From: a virus
Virus record (IMG/VR): IMGVR_UViG_3300042914_003164
Coordinates: 45,691-109,690 of that record
DNA: 64,000 nucleotides
Reading direction: 5' to 3' (one strand)
The notes under the pieces were generated by a model that was not told the DNA's origin, ran no database searches, and was given only the letters and a program-made list of their open reading frames with translations. Position numbers and translations under genes: made by a program. Numbering within the stretch: position 1 is the stretch's first letter; every line of letters begins with the position of its first letter. Shown one piece after another: positions 8,820 through 19,506 of this stretch.

Positions 8820-11800
8820 AGCCACATCTTCTGCCCATGCACTACCGGCTGGGGCGCCTGCTGGGCATGAGGCCGGAGGATGTCAAGCGCTTCTACTGGG
8901 AGGCCGCCAAGAAGGCCGCCGAGGGGCCTCAACCCGCTGTCGTGGCAGGCACTGGTGCCGAGACCCTGGCGATCATCGCTCTGGTCTCCTCTGCCATCAG
9001 CGTTGGCCTGACCATCGTTGCCCAGTTCTTCCGGCCCAGTGATGCCGCTCCTGGGCGCCTGAAGCCGGTCGCCAGGGAGGGGAAGACGATCAGCGATGGC
9101 CGCCGGTATGCCCCGAGGGACGGCTTTGACGCGCTACAGGATGTTGCGCCGATTGGCGAGCGAATGCCGATTGTTTTTGCATTGCGCGAAACGATTGGTG
9201 GTGTCACTTATGGCGGTATCAGGGTAAACACGCCGCTTCTTTGGAGCCAGATACAAACCATAAATGGCAGGCAGCTTCTTAGGCTGATTTTTCTGATTAG
9301 CGATGGGGGTGTTAGCGAAGTTGATCCAAATGGTTTTGCTATTGGCAATAACCTATTGAACGCTTACAACCTTGGCGATGGGACGCAGCTCGGTGCCTCC
9401 TATTCCGCTTATCTGAGAGCGAATGGTGGTCGCATAAAGTCGGTCAATCGTATTGCAGGCAGGCAAGCAAACCTTGATCCAGGCAACGCTCAGAACCAAG
9501 GTGGCGGGGATGTTTTTGAAGTTCGATCAATTGATGGTGTCCTTGCCCCCGACTTCTGCTCTGTAAGCAGGCCAGGGACAAACACGGCTTTTGGTGTTCA
9601 CTCGCCAATTGGCAATAATCTTGGCTACAGAGTTAACCCTGTAATTAAGCCGAAGTACCAGGCGCAACTGGTGCCCAAGGGTGATGACGGCGATTCTAGG
9701 GTAAAATGCCAAGTCGATGAAGTTGCTGCGGCTCAAAGGCGAAAAGCAAAAGCATTCTTTTCCACTCGCTCTGGTTTTATTAGTGGCAATGCAAACGCTA
9801 TTGGTAATACGCTAACCTATGTTCTTGACAGGTCGAGCGATGTAGAAACTGACTTTGGTAAAGCCCTTGACCCTGGCGCGTGGAGTGTCGATGTTGAAGT
9901 TCAGCGTTTATCTGGCAGTGCTACAACTGGTGTCGATTACAGTTCAACATCTTCTTCATCTTCTCTTTCTTTCGGTGCAGACGTACCGACCATAAATCAG
10001 TCTGCACTTATTGGTGGAATTCAGTGGCTGAATGCGAGCGATAATGTTGTTTCTAGTCCAGTTGTTACAATCACTAATGTATCAAGCAGAAAGGTAGAAC
10101 TTAGCACAAAACTTCAGTACAGCGCATCAGGGTTGACAGACGCAGAAAAAGCCCAGCTCCTTTATTCAAGATTTAAGCTTACTTTTGTAAATAGCGCGGT
10201 TGATAACGATGACGAGCCATCTGTTTTCTACAGGGTTGGCGTAAAGCAAAACAAAAATATCCCGATAAACTACGACATTGACTTTGGCAATGAAACATTT
10301 TCACTTGACTACGGCTCAAGCACGACAGCCTATCAAGTTCAGTCCTCAGTGGATTCAAGGAAAACCGTAACCGCTCGTATCAACAAAAGCGAACTGATCA
10401 GTGAGCTGGCCGCTGACGTTGCATCTACAATTGCTGGCAAGCAAGAGCAGTGGGACGACTCTATACAACTCGGCGCTCTCTATAAATTTGGCACAGCCCT
10501 CCTTGTTTGCAGCTCTCGCAGCCCCGATGGTGAGGTTTTCTACAGCGAAGCCGGTTTTGAACAGCCGAGCGAAGAAGATCCCCCTCCAGGGCAAAGCATT
10601 ACAGCAACCTTCACCGTCGTCAGGCCAGGGGTTGTCGCACTGACGAATCTTGCTGATCTTCGTGTTGATGGAAATGAAGACCAGCAGCCACAAAGATATG
10701 TGGGCACAAACTTCCCGCATCTGTTCAGAATTGATATTGCAACTATCACAACTAATCGCCCAACGGAACTTGTTGAGCTTATTGTAAGGAGTAACCTTGG
10801 GATTAGAATCAACGGTCTTTGCAACTTCAGGGATACAATATCTTATGGAGCCGCTGACGACAAGGCTTGTCTTGACTACAAAGGAGACACAGTTTCCCCT
10901 GGTGCAACATTAAAGCAGTATATCTATACATCGGGTGCCGTAACAACCTCTCAAATGAGGTACTCGTTTTTCAGGGTTCGCGTCCGCATTAGCGGCTCCA
11001 ATGACCCATGGATTGAATTTCAGCAGTGCTACTGCTTCCGTGGCATTAGCCAGCAAAATCAGTTCAACACTATTCGCTTGCAGTTTCCGAGTGTGGCCCA
11101 ATGGGAGATTGAGCTAGAGCCCCTCTCTGGCTGGGAAATCAGATCAGGCAACGCCAGCGGAACTTATGTCTTGATTGATGGGAAGCAGGAATCAAACTCA
11201 ACCCTGATCACCAAAACTCGGAACGGGGTAACGCTTCAGGTTTACGGTAGGGAGGGCAGCGGCGCTGATATTGGTGTTGGGCCGGGGAATGAGCCTTTCA
11301 GGCTTCCTGCTGTCCGCAAGGCACCAAGCCAGGGATACGGAGATTTGGGCTATGGATACACCGATGACGACGGTGATAACAGAACTCAGTTTGTGGACGT
11401 TTTTGGCGCACTCGCTGAGACCTTTGTCTTTTCTGAAGTGACATCAACCGCTGAGGGCGGCCCCGAGCACGAGATTGTTGCAATAAATGAGATTGTCGAA
11501 AATACCACGACTCCGCTTTATCCCGATATAGCAACAGGCGGGCTCAACATTCTTCCTGGAAATACTTTTCAGCAGCTTGGCCAGCACTCCGCTTACGTCA
11601 ACGCTGGATTCCCAGACTGCAGGCGCTTAAGGAATAATTTGACACTTGGCCCCAGCCACCTATTGCCAGATATAGCGCTAGAGCTTTTAACAAATTCTAT
11701 CTATGGAACTGGTGAAGACGTAAGCGATGACCAAATAGATTTTGACTCCTTCAAGGAGGCCGCAGACTGGTGCCATGCTAACAGGTATTTCTGCGACATC

Positions 11801-12691
11801 GGCTACACACCACAAAATGTCATCGAATGGATCAGTCAAACAGCCGAACAACACCTTCTGCTGTTCCTTGAGATCGACGGAAAATTTGTGCTTAAGCCGC
11901 TTTTTCCCTATACACCGGGTAACTACACAGACTGGAGCCAAAAAGTTGACATCAAAGGGATGTTTGGCCTGCTGCAGATCAAGTCTTTCTCGTTCGCTGC
12001 TGTTGAAGAAGAGGCTCGCAGGCCAATTCAAGCTTCGGGCAAGTGGAGAGAGGAAAGAAAGGTCAGCAACGTAACAAATCCTGGCATATTCCCGAACGAA
12101 AGAGAAGTTCTGGTCAGGGAGGCGGATCCGAAGTCTTCCGATTCCGATCCAATTCAATCGTTTGACCTTTCAGACTTCGCTACAAACGAAAAGCATTTAA
12201 TTGACTATCTCAAGTACAAAGCAAGAGTTCGTCGCCTTTCAACTCATGGCTGCACGATTGAGCTTACACAGGATTCTCTTCTTTCTCCGCTTAGGCCAGG
12301 GGATTATGTTCAAATCCCCGTAGAAATGACTTTCTATAGCGAGTTTAAGACTGGAATCATCAGGAGTGACGGTGTTCTAGTTGCAACTCAAGACATAGGG
12401 CCTGGCACGTATCCGGCCCTGGTTTGGAGTGGAACAGCCGAAGACAGCCCAGCGGAGGGAAGCATTGTTGTAGCGACTGATGGAACAGCGCAGCCAGAGG
12501 GGACTATTTTTTCCATAAAGGAAACCAGCTCAGACCTTAAAACTTACAGGATTACTGACATAAATCCCAGCGAAAACGCTGGCTTCACCCTTGATCTTAT
12601 TGAATCGCCAATTGATAGCTCGGGCAGGCTGGTTCTGTCCCAGAATTGGGGAGGGACATCATCCAACGCCAACTGGGAGATCTTAAAATGA
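8816..12691 (+). CDS. Central tail tip / host specificity protein (gpI+gpJ-like)
   Basis: 1291 aa. N-terminal hydrophobic gpI-like segment, G..MPIVF, GGIRVNTPLLWSQ, IDFDSFKEAADWC, LRPGDYV motifs of J-like proteins. Confidence 0.8.
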   Translation: MKPHLLPMHYRLGRLLGMRPEDVKRFYWEAAKKAAEGPQPAVVAGTGAETLAIIALVSSAISVGLTIVAQFFRPSDAAPGRLKPVAREGKTISDGRRYAPRDGFDALQDVAPIGERMPIVFALRETIGGVTYGGIRVNTPLLWSQIQTINGRQLLRLIFLISDGGVSEVDPNGFAIGNNLLNAYNLGDGTQLGASYSAYLRANGGRIKSVNRIAGRQANLDPGNAQNQGGGDVFEVRSIDGVLAPDFCSVSRPGTNTAFGVHSPIGNNLGYRVNPVIKPKYQAQLVPKGDDGDSRVKCQVDEVAAAQRRKAKAFFSTRSGFISGNANAIGNTLTYVLDRSSDVETDFGKALDPGAWSVDVEVQRLSGSATTGVDYSSTSSSSSLSFGADVPTINQSALIGGIQWLNASDNVVSSPVVTITNVSSRKVELSTKLQYSASGLTDAEKAQLLYSRFKLTFVNSAVDNDDEPSVFYRVGVKQNKNIPINYDIDFGNETFSLDYGSSTTAYQVQSSVDSRKTVTARINKSELISELAADVASTIAGKQEQWDDSIQLGALYKFGTALLVCSSRSPDGEVFYSEAGFEQPSEEDPPPGQSITATFTVVRPGVVALTNLADLRVDGNEDQQPQRYVGTNFPHLFRIDIATITTNRPTELVELIVRSNLGIRINGLCNFRDTISYGAADDKACLDYKGDTVSPGATLKQYIYTSGAVTTSQMRYSFFRVRVRISGSNDPWIEFQQCYCFRGISQQNQFNTIRLQFPSVAQWEIELEPLSGWEIRSGNASGTYVLIDGKQESNSTLITKTRNGVTLQVYGREGSGADIGVGPGNEPFRLPAVRKAPSQGYGDLGYGYTDDDGDNRTQFVDVFGALAETFVFSEVTSTAEGGPEHEIVAINEIVENTTTPLYPDIATGGLNILPGNTFQQLGQHSAYVNAGFPDCRRLRNNLTLGPSHLLPDIALELLTNSIYGTGEDVSDDQIDFDSFKEAADWCHANRYFCDIGYTPQNVIEWISQTAEQHLLLFLEIDGKFVLKPLFPYTPGNYTDWSQKVDIKGMFGLLQIKSFSFAAVEEEARRPIQASGKWREERKVSNVTNPGIFPNEREVLVREADPKSSDSDPIQSFDLSDFATNEKHLIDYLKYKARVRRLSTHGCTIELTQDSLLSPLRPGDYVQIPVEMTFYSEFKTGIIRSDGVLVATQDIGPGTYPALVWSGTAEDSPAEGSIVVATDGTAQPEGTIFSIKETSSDLKTYRITDINPSENAGFTLDLIESPIDSSGRLVLSQNWGGTSSNANWEILK

Positions 12692-13098
12692 GCACCGTTG
12701 ACTTTCCGTTGATAATTCCGTCATCCATGGAGTTTTCGCCTCCAGAATTTCCAATAGGCGAAGATGTAAGCATTGGAGGTGTCTATACAAGGCGCAGGTT
12801 TGGCAATCGCCCATCAGAGGGTAGACTTCAGACCGAGTTCAGTAATGTCGCAAATTCAATTGCCGCTTCTGTGCTAAAAAGTCATCTGGACTCAGGCGGC
12901 CTTGCCTCAATCAACTTTGACTCCTCCTTTTTCTCGGGTGCGGGAGTGGAATTGCTGGTCTACTTAAACAATAGCGCCTATCAAGGGCTTTCCTGGTACT
13001 TTGCCAAGGGGTCGCCGCCACGTATCAACAGGGTAGAGGGTGGCGGGCAGCTATCAAATATGTCCATTGAGTTCGTTGCTAGGCTGGTCGCAGGCTAG
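12688..13098 (+). CDS. Minor tail protein (Dit/gpM-like)
   Basis: ATGA overlap with the J-like gene; FP.I.PSS.EF.P..P...S.GG...RRFGN pattern. Confidence 0.55.
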   Translation: MSTVDFPLIIPSSMEFSPPEFPIGEDVSIGGVYTRRRFGNRPSEGRLQTEFSNVANSIAASVLKSHLDSGGLASINFDSSFFSGAGVELLVYLNNSAYQGLSWYFAKGSPPRINRVEGGGQLSNMSIEFVARLVAG

Positions 13099-13123
13099 TA
13101 CGCTCTTTTCCGCTGTTTCAGTC

Positions 13124-13525
13124 ATGGGTATCGCAACCGGCGCAGACGCCTATGTTTACTGGAATGGCTTCCATGTAGGAAGCTTTATCTCTGCGGAGCA
13201 GCCGACTGAAAAGCCTGCTCTTGAGACGACTCCGCTTGGTGTCTCGGACAGAACCTATGTCAGTAGCAGGCTGAGAAACAACACCTTCTCTGGCACCCTT
13301 TTCTACGATCCTCAAGACTCAACCGCTAACTCACTGATTAACGCGATTGATCAAAATAACGCAGTTGATGGCGTAATGAAGGTCGAATGGATCAAGAACA
13401 CGTCTGATGGAGCCAGGGAAGGAAGTGCCATTGTTACGTCTCGCGGTGCATCGGTTTCCGTTGGGGACTTGATGCGTGTCAACATATCTATTCAGTTTAC
13501 CGGAGCCGTTACTGGCAGCTTCTAA
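13124..13525 (+). CDS. Tail tube-like protein
   Basis: LETT.LG..DRTYV..L...SGTLFYD and A.VT....SVGD....ISIQFTG resemble tail-tube family motifs. Confidence 0.55.
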   Translation: MGIATGADAYVYWNGFHVGSFISAEQPTEKPALETTPLGVSDRTYVSSRLRNNTFSGTLFYDPQDSTANSLINAIDQNNAVDGVMKVEWIKNTSDGAREGSAIVTSRGASVSVGDLMRVNISIQFTGAVTGSF

Positions 13526-14574
13526 TGTCTGTAATCCTTGGTGCTGGCGGCGCAATTGAGTTCAGTCGTGAGTGGCCTGATCCCACTGCGCTTCCACAGT
13601 CCGCTGCCAAGCAATCCTCAATCCTTTGCCGTGAGCCAGGCTTTTGGACTGGTCAGCGAGTTTTGATCTATTCGCATCTTGGCGTCCCCCTAAAAATAAA
13701 TGGCGCAGCATACGCTCCATGTCCAGACGGCCACAGGTTCTGGGGTGACAAGGGCGTGGCTGGCCCCAGAACCCTGCACAGAGGGTCGGATTCAAAGCCC
13801 TTTTGGCGCCTCAGCGACTCTTCGTGCTTCTGGGAGGATGAATCATCGGTCGGTCTCGTAAGACTCGTTTCTGCGTATATCCATAGGAATCAAATTGATC
13901 AGATAACTTTTTATACTTCCGAGTCGCACGCTGTTAGCAAAAACCCTGCAGGCTTGGTCCCCTTCTCTCCTGTTCACTATCAAAGTCTTTTGATAGCTCC
14001 ATACGATTCGTCAAACGCTTACCAGCTCAGTGTCGAAGCTCTTGGGCTTGCGCTGTTTGGAGCAGGCATAGACAAAGAAGTGCCATCCACAAATCTATTT
14101 GAAACGCCGGAGCCAATTCAAAAATCTTACGACGACCCCGAGAGAAGAGGTTGGCACTTTTTAGCAGAATGCCGTGACTGGGCGCTGCAAACTGACCCGT
14201 CCGTTCTCGATTCAACCGCAATTGGCGAGGATTTTGGTGATAGCGTCAAGGATGTTGTGAGGGGGTCTGGCAGCTTCAACTGCTATATCCCTGTCGGCTT
14301 AAGTAGCTCTGGCAAGGTGGATGCAAAGAGCTTTGTAAGGCTTTCCTTGATGACCGAGACCGGATCCAAAGCCAGAGCGAGATTCAGGGTGCAGGAGGAG
14401 GCTTTGGGAACCTGCGAACCGGAAGAGACCGTCTGGTTTGAATGTGACATGCTGCTTGGCCCAGGGGAAATATCTGCGTCTTTTGATGGCGCGGTGAACT
14501 ACAGCGCTCAATTCGTCGTCGTCAAAGATAAAGATGGCATGGGCATCAAGCCTGTAATAGGCGTTTTCTCCTAG
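13525..14574 (+). CDS. Tail structural protein with tube-like C-terminal domain
   Basis: TAATG coupling; W.LQT....LDST..GE.F...V.GSGSF motif. Confidence 0.5.
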   Translation: MSVILGAGGAIEFSREWPDPTALPQSAAKQSSILCREPGFWTGQRVLIYSHLGVPLKINGAAYAPCPDGHRFWGDKGVAGPRTLHRGSDSKPFWRLSDSSCFWEDESSVGLVRLVSAYIHRNQIDQITFYTSESHAVSKNPAGLVPFSPVHYQSLLIAPYDSSNAYQLSVEALGLALFGAGIDKEVPSTNLFETPEPIQKSYDDPERRGWHFLAECRDWALQTDPSVLDSTAIGEDFGDSVKDVVRGSGSFNCYIPVGLSSSGKVDAKSFVRLSLMTETGSKARARFRVQEEALGTCEPEETVWFECDMLLGPGEISASFDGAVNYSAQFVVVKDKDGMGIKPVIGVFS

Positions 14575-14629
14575 CCGAATCAGTCCAGAACGGCTTGGCT
14601 AGGCTAGTGGCACGCTGTTGGGATAAAAC

Positions 14630-17600
14630 GTGCCTGCTCTCGCCCCGTCCGACTCAAGCGGTTTCATAAACGACGCCGAAGACCAAGGAGCGGTTAAAGA
14701 GCAGCTTGGCGTACTGGTTGATATGCTGCGCCAAATTGGCGGAAACGCCAATGTAGTTGCTGGTGCTCTTGAGCAAGCCGACCCCCTTTCCTCGCCTTTC
14801 ACTCTTTACGTCAACCCATATATCGGCTCAGACAATTTTGTAGGCGGATCTTACAACAGCTTTGAGGCTGGCTCGACCGACGAAGAGATTATTGCGAGCA
14901 AGCTCAAAAGAATTGAAAAGCAAAGGCTTGAGTGCGGCTATACCCCATATAGACCGTTCAAGAGTATCAACAGGGCCGCAATTGAAGCAGCGATCATTAC
15001 GAGCAAGGAATGGTACACCTATTCCGATCCGAAGGCTCATGTTGACTGCGTAACGATTGTTTTAAGCGGTGGCGTTCACATTGTCTACAACAATCCCAGC
15101 AGCAGCCCTACGGGTCTGGCGAGCTGGGGGGAGTCAAAGACACCAACGATTGAAGAGCTGATAGCTTTCAACCCTGTTACAGGTGGTGTACTTCTTCCTC
15201 GTGGCTGCTCGATGTATGGGCAGGATCTACGCAAAACAACCATTCGCCCCAACTGGGTTCCAGCTGCTGTAGACGAAGCCGCAGACTACAGCAATCGCAG
15301 GGCGATTCTGAAGGTAAGCGGAACCGGATTCTTTTTCAATGCTACCGCCATGGACAAGGTGGGGCATACGGAATCCGTTCACCTGCTTGATGTATTCCAG
15401 CCGGGGAGCAAAGCAGAGCTTGATGCCTTCTACCTGAAGATTGCATCCGCTGTTGGCTCTGGCGCTGATCTTGCAAACGGGCTTCTTGTTACCCGCCCAA
15501 GCGAGCACGAAATCGTAGGCCCCATCAATCAGGCACAAGCGCCCACCTCCAGCTGGGATACCACTGCTGGTGCATCGCCTTACATTTTCAATTTCTCTGT
15601 TCGTTCTGAGTATGGAATGGGCGGTGCATTCTGGGATGGTGACAAGATAAGCGGCTTAAAGTCAATGGTTTGCGCTAACTTCACCGGCACAAACCAGCAA
15701 AAAGACCTGAGGTGCTGGCAAGTTTACGAAGGTGGCAACTGGGTTACTCTGACAAATTCCAGCCAAGATTACCAAAAATACATTGATACTTCACCGGACA
15801 ATTTAAGAAGGAATCCAGCTCGTACGACCCGTCATATCTCCGCTATCAATGATGCCTATATCCAGAAGGTATCCATCTTTGGGATTGGCCAAGGCGAAGT
15901 CACGCTGGCTGACAACGGTGGCGAGATTACAGATAACGGAGGCAATTCTACCTTTGGTGGCTGCAGCGCCATTGCCAAGGGTTACAAGCGTGCAGCTTTT
16001 GCAAAAGATAAAAACTGGACCGTAGGCCGTATCAGGGTCCCCCTTAACCTGAGCGAGAAGCTGGGGAATCTTCGCAGGATATATCTTGGTGTTGTCGCCA
16101 GCGTAAGTAGTTCGGGGATCACCCTTACCAGTGGTCTTGCAATCGACGCCAGTTCAGCGACGACCCCGGCTGTCCTGCTTGCCGATGGCTACACCCTGGC
16201 CAGTGGCTCTCGAATCTGGATCGACAACCCCAACGGCCCGGACTGGAGGGCCACGCTGACCGGCTCTGCCTGGAGCAGCTCGACGCCTGCGGTGATCAAC
16301 ACCACCGGAGAGCCCCTTCAGGCCACCACGAACGCCCCTGCGGGCACTGCCGCTGTTGGCAGGCGGGTCTACATTCGCCGGGTCGTTGACACCCGTTCAG
16401 TGGCCGAGCGGAGGGTGTCCCTCCTACTGAACAACACCGCCAGCGCTCGACTGCCCCAGCGCGATTCGGTGCTCCAGACGGATCCCGCTCGATCTGGTGG
16501 TGCGATCAGCCGCGTCCTCGCACCTGGCGGCGAGGAGGTTCTGATTGTTTCTGGCGTTGGCGTTGGCGAAACCCCTGGCAGCGGGGTTGCGAAAACGGCT
16601 GAGATAACAATTCGTCGCGGCGCTCCCAGCAAAGCCTATGATACAAATGCAACTTTTTACCGGCAAGGGACTGTAGTTCGCCACCAAGGTAAGCACTGGC
16701 AAGCAAAGAACGATCTGATCAGTTCTGGTGCATCGCCTGATCCGCGATTCTGGGGTGAAGTGTTTGTTCACATGCCAAGCGCCTTCAACCCAGAGGATCC
16801 GATCAGTCAAGAAACTCCGATTTTGGTACTCGACACAGATACCAGCGACAGCGAAGATTCGACAACCCTTGGTATCAACTGGACAACCGCATGGACGGCT
16901 GCGGGTCCAATCCGTGACCAGTATCGGGCAAGTACCGACTACCTCGGGGCGTACGCTCTTTTGCGTGCCCTCGGCTTTACAGAATCTGCGGCGCACAACG
17001 CACTTGTGCCAAAGGTTCAGCAAGTCCGTGAGCTGGATCCCTCCAGTTCGCTTGATTTTCCTGTCGCTCCCGCTGGTGGAGCTACTACTGGACTTGGCAG
17101 CTGGGCGGTGGAGTTTAGAAGGCCGTCAACAATCCGCCTCTACAACCATCAATGGGAGTGGGCTGGATACGGAAACTACTCAAAAGCAATGCCTGCCGTC
17201 CAGCAGGACATGAGTGAATTCAACAAATTCACCTATTACTTTACAAACGCTTTTGGCGGCAGAGTAGTTCCAAAAGGCAGTAACGAAGACGGCTACGAGG
17301 TTTCGCCGCGTGGCCTCGAAGATATTGCGACCGGATCAACCATCAGCCCAGAGGATCTTGGCGGTCTTGGTATTGACGATGCCCAAAGAACTGACTTCCC
17401 AAATGGCATCCAGGTCGGCGCAACGGCCTTAGTGCAGGATCTTGAGATAAGCGGTCTTGTAACTTATTCCGATCAATCGCTTGCGAAGACCACCAGGAAT
17501 GGTGCTGTTCAGCTTGCCAGCTACGAGGAGCTAACGGAGACCACCGACATCCCCATTGCAGGCAGCGATGCCTCGATTGAGGCACTGCCTCATGTTGTGA

Positions 17601-19264
17601 CAATTGGCGGCCTTAATCGTTGGACAATTACTCAAAGCCTGATCAATGCCAGCACCGATGTAATTCCTGTTTACGTTCGGCAGGGAGCGACTAACAGAAA
17701 CCTTGACCAGATGCTGGAAAATCCGCCAACTGACAAGGCATTCGCTGTTCCAACCTTGGCTAGGGCGGCTGAGTACGCCAACGCCATAATCGGAAGCGGG
17801 AATCGCACCGCAGAGATCAGGATTGCAGCCGGCCTTTACAGTCCTGGGTCGGTCTGGGAATGCAATGTCAAGTTTGTAGCATGGAACGCAGACCACACTG
17901 CGGTCAAATGGGCAAGCAACAGCCTTGGCACCAATAGTACGCCAAACAACTATTTTGATGGCACTGGTTACTACGATTTAGATGGATTCGACGACTTTAC
18001 TTGTGTAAACTTCCACTCTTTTGCGATTAGTCTTGATTCCAACTCGGAATCCGGTGGCTCGCTTCAGGTAAACTGCATTCCGCTTAACATGCGATTCGCT
18101 CGGGGTTTTGACTTTGAGGGCGGATTTCACTTTCTTGGCCTACCGCACGTCATCCGTGCGGTAGCCGAAGGTAGGCTGGCGGCTACCGATCTTGTTTACA
18201 ATTCTACTGGATTTGTCTATCCGCCGACAAGTTCTTACACGACAAACACAACCACAAACGTAGACACCTTGCTCAATGAAATATGTAAGGCAAACAATAG
18301 GAATCCCGACTACCGACCTTATACTGCAAGCCACCTGTTTGTAATTCTTGGTGGCAAATCTGATACCTGCGTTATCAGGGATTGTGTATTTGGCCCCGGC
18401 CTGCCAAGCCGAAAAGATTCGCTCGGGGGGACCCGTGGGGCACTGATCGCTATCTATGGTGACAGCGAGCCAAGTATCAGAAATATCTACATCGCTGGCG
18501 CAACCAAGGTCACAACAGCTGGAATGTTTGCCGGTGTAGCGGGAACCCCGGCACCCCTGCCGCAGGCTGGAAATGCTCACTATGGCGCATCGTCTGTAAC
18601 ACAGCCATGGGAGTGGCGACAAAGCTACCACACCTTTATTGGTGTCGATCCAGGCGAATATGGTGATATTAGCCTACGCCTTGGCGGCGGGACAAGTCTT
18701 CGATACAATCTCGGAAGCTCTTTTAATACTTTCTCCTACTATCGGGATGGAACTGGCAAGCTTCTGCCAAACCACATTCACCTAGTAAGCAACCCCTACT
18801 TTGATCAGTTCATACATGCTCCAGCCAACTTCAACACAAAAGGGGTGTGGCAGAGCGTTGGTGAAACGACCAGCACCCCAGGCCCACGGCTTCAGGGCTT
18901 TGTGGGGAGTTTTGGGGCGAACTCCTACAACTCTACCAAGACTCGTGGTGTGCTTGGCGGAAACATTGGTGTTGAAACGCCGGAGACGGGATTTACTTTT
19001 AGCCTTTCCCCCGGTTCCGCCGCCAACAGCGGAAAGAGTATTTTCCAGGTTGCCGGGATCGCCCAAGCTGCAGCCGACTCGACCGCCAGGCCAGATTTCG
19101 ACTCTGTGAATGCGACTGCTCCGGGCGAGGGCTATCCAACTGGCGACAATCCCGTGATAACGTCCGATGGCAGCAAGGGTATCAATGTTGCTCTGCGCAG
19201 CTACAGGCTCGGCATTAGCGTGAACCGCGCTATTACCATTCCGTCCTTCAACACCGTTCTTTGA
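14630..19264 (+). CDS. Large tail fibre/spike protein (1544 aa)
   Basis: LYVNPY.GSD...G.T..RPFKSINRA fibre-type motif, repeated degenerately later; S/T/G-rich beta composition. Confidence 0.7.
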   Translation: MPALAPSDSSGFINDAEDQGAVKEQLGVLVDMLRQIGGNANVVAGALEQADPLSSPFTLYVNPYIGSDNFVGGSYNSFEAGSTDEEIIASKLKRIEKQRLECGYTPYRPFKSINRAAIEAAIITSKEWYTYSDPKAHVDCVTIVLSGGVHIVYNNPSSSPTGLASWGESKTPTIEELIAFNPVTGGVLLPRGCSMYGQDLRKTTIRPNWVPAAVDEAADYSNRRAILKVSGTGFFFNATAMDKVGHTESVHLLDVFQPGSKAELDAFYLKIASAVGSGADLANGLLVTRPSEHEIVGPINQAQAPTSSWDTTAGASPYIFNFSVRSEYGMGGAFWDGDKISGLKSMVCANFTGTNQQKDLRCWQVYEGGNWVTLTNSSQDYQKYIDTSPDNLRRNPARTTRHISAINDAYIQKVSIFGIGQGEVTLADNGGEITDNGGNSTFGGCSAIAKGYKRAAFAKDKNWTVGRIRVPLNLSEKLGNLRRIYLGVVASVSSSGITLTSGLAIDASSATTPAVLLADGYTLASGSRIWIDNPNGPDWRATLTGSAWSSSTPAVINTTGEPLQATTNAPAGTAAVGRRVYIRRVVDTRSVAERRVSLLLNNTASARLPQRDSVLQTDPARSGGAISRVLAPGGEEVLIVSGVGVGETPGSGVAKTAEITIRRGAPSKAYDTNATFYRQGTVVRHQGKHWQAKNDLISSGASPDPRFWGEVFVHMPSAFNPEDPISQETPILVLDTDTSDSEDSTTLGINWTTAWTAAGPIRDQYRASTDYLGAYALLRALGFTESAAHNALVPKVQQVRELDPSSSLDFPVAPAGGATTGLGSWAVEFRRPSTIRLYNHQWEWAGYGNYSKAMPAVQQDMSEFNKFTYYFTNAFGGRVVPKGSNEDGYEVSPRGLEDIATGSTISPEDLGGLGIDDAQRTDFPNGIQVGATALVQDLEISGLVTYSDQSLAKTTRNGAVQLASYEELTETTDIPIAGSDASIEALPHVVTIGGLNRWTITQSLINASTDVIPVYVRQGATNRNLDQMLENPPTDKAFAVPTLARAAEYANAIIGSGNRTAEIRIAAGLYSPGSVWECNVKFVAWNADHTAVKWASNSLGTNSTPNNYFDGTGYYDLDGFDDFTCVNFHSFAISLDSNSESGGSLQVNCIPLNMRFARGFDFEGGFHFLGLPHVIRAVAEGRLAATDLVYNSTGFVYPPTSSYTTNTTTNVDTLLNEICKANNRNPDYRPYTASHLFVILGGKSDTCVIRDCVFGPGLPSRKDSLGGTRGALIAIYGDSEPSIRNIYIAGATKVTTAGMFAGVAGTPAPLPQAGNAHYGASSVTQPWEWRQSYHTFIGVDPGEYGDISLRLGGGTSLRYNLGSSFNTFSYYRDGTGKLLPNHIHLVSNPYFDQFIHAPANFNTKGVWQSVGETTSTPGPRLQGFVGSFGANSYNSTKTRGVLGGNIGVETPETGFTFSLSPGSAANSGKSIFQVAGIAQAAADSTARPDFDSVNATAPGEGYPTGDNPVITSDGSKGINVALRSYRLGISVNRAITIPSFNTVL

Positions 19265-19267
19265 GCC

Positions 19268-19447
19268 ATGCTTCCATCTGATCCAAATTACGTTCCCCTC
19301 GGAACCAGTCCCGAAGCACTTGCATCGCCGCTTTACGCTTCTCTTCTCGCTCAGGGTATCGACCCCTATGCAAGTCACTCCATCGACCAATCGTTGATTG
19401 ATGCAATCGAGAAGGATGGCGGCAGCGCTCTTGCTGTATCGGGGTAA
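19268..19447 (+). CDS. Small hypothetical protein (59 aa, MLPSDPNYVPLG...), not in the ORF track
   Basis: Translated by hand; fills the gap directly after the fibre gene. Confidence 0.6.
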   Translation: MLPSDPNYVPLGTSPEALASPLYASLLAQGIDPYASHSIDQSLIDAIEKDGGSALAVSG

Positions 19448-19506
19448 TGGCCATGGTTCCGACCCTCAGCCAGAGCTAAGCTTATCTGCATCAGGAGCCC
19501 AAGGCA

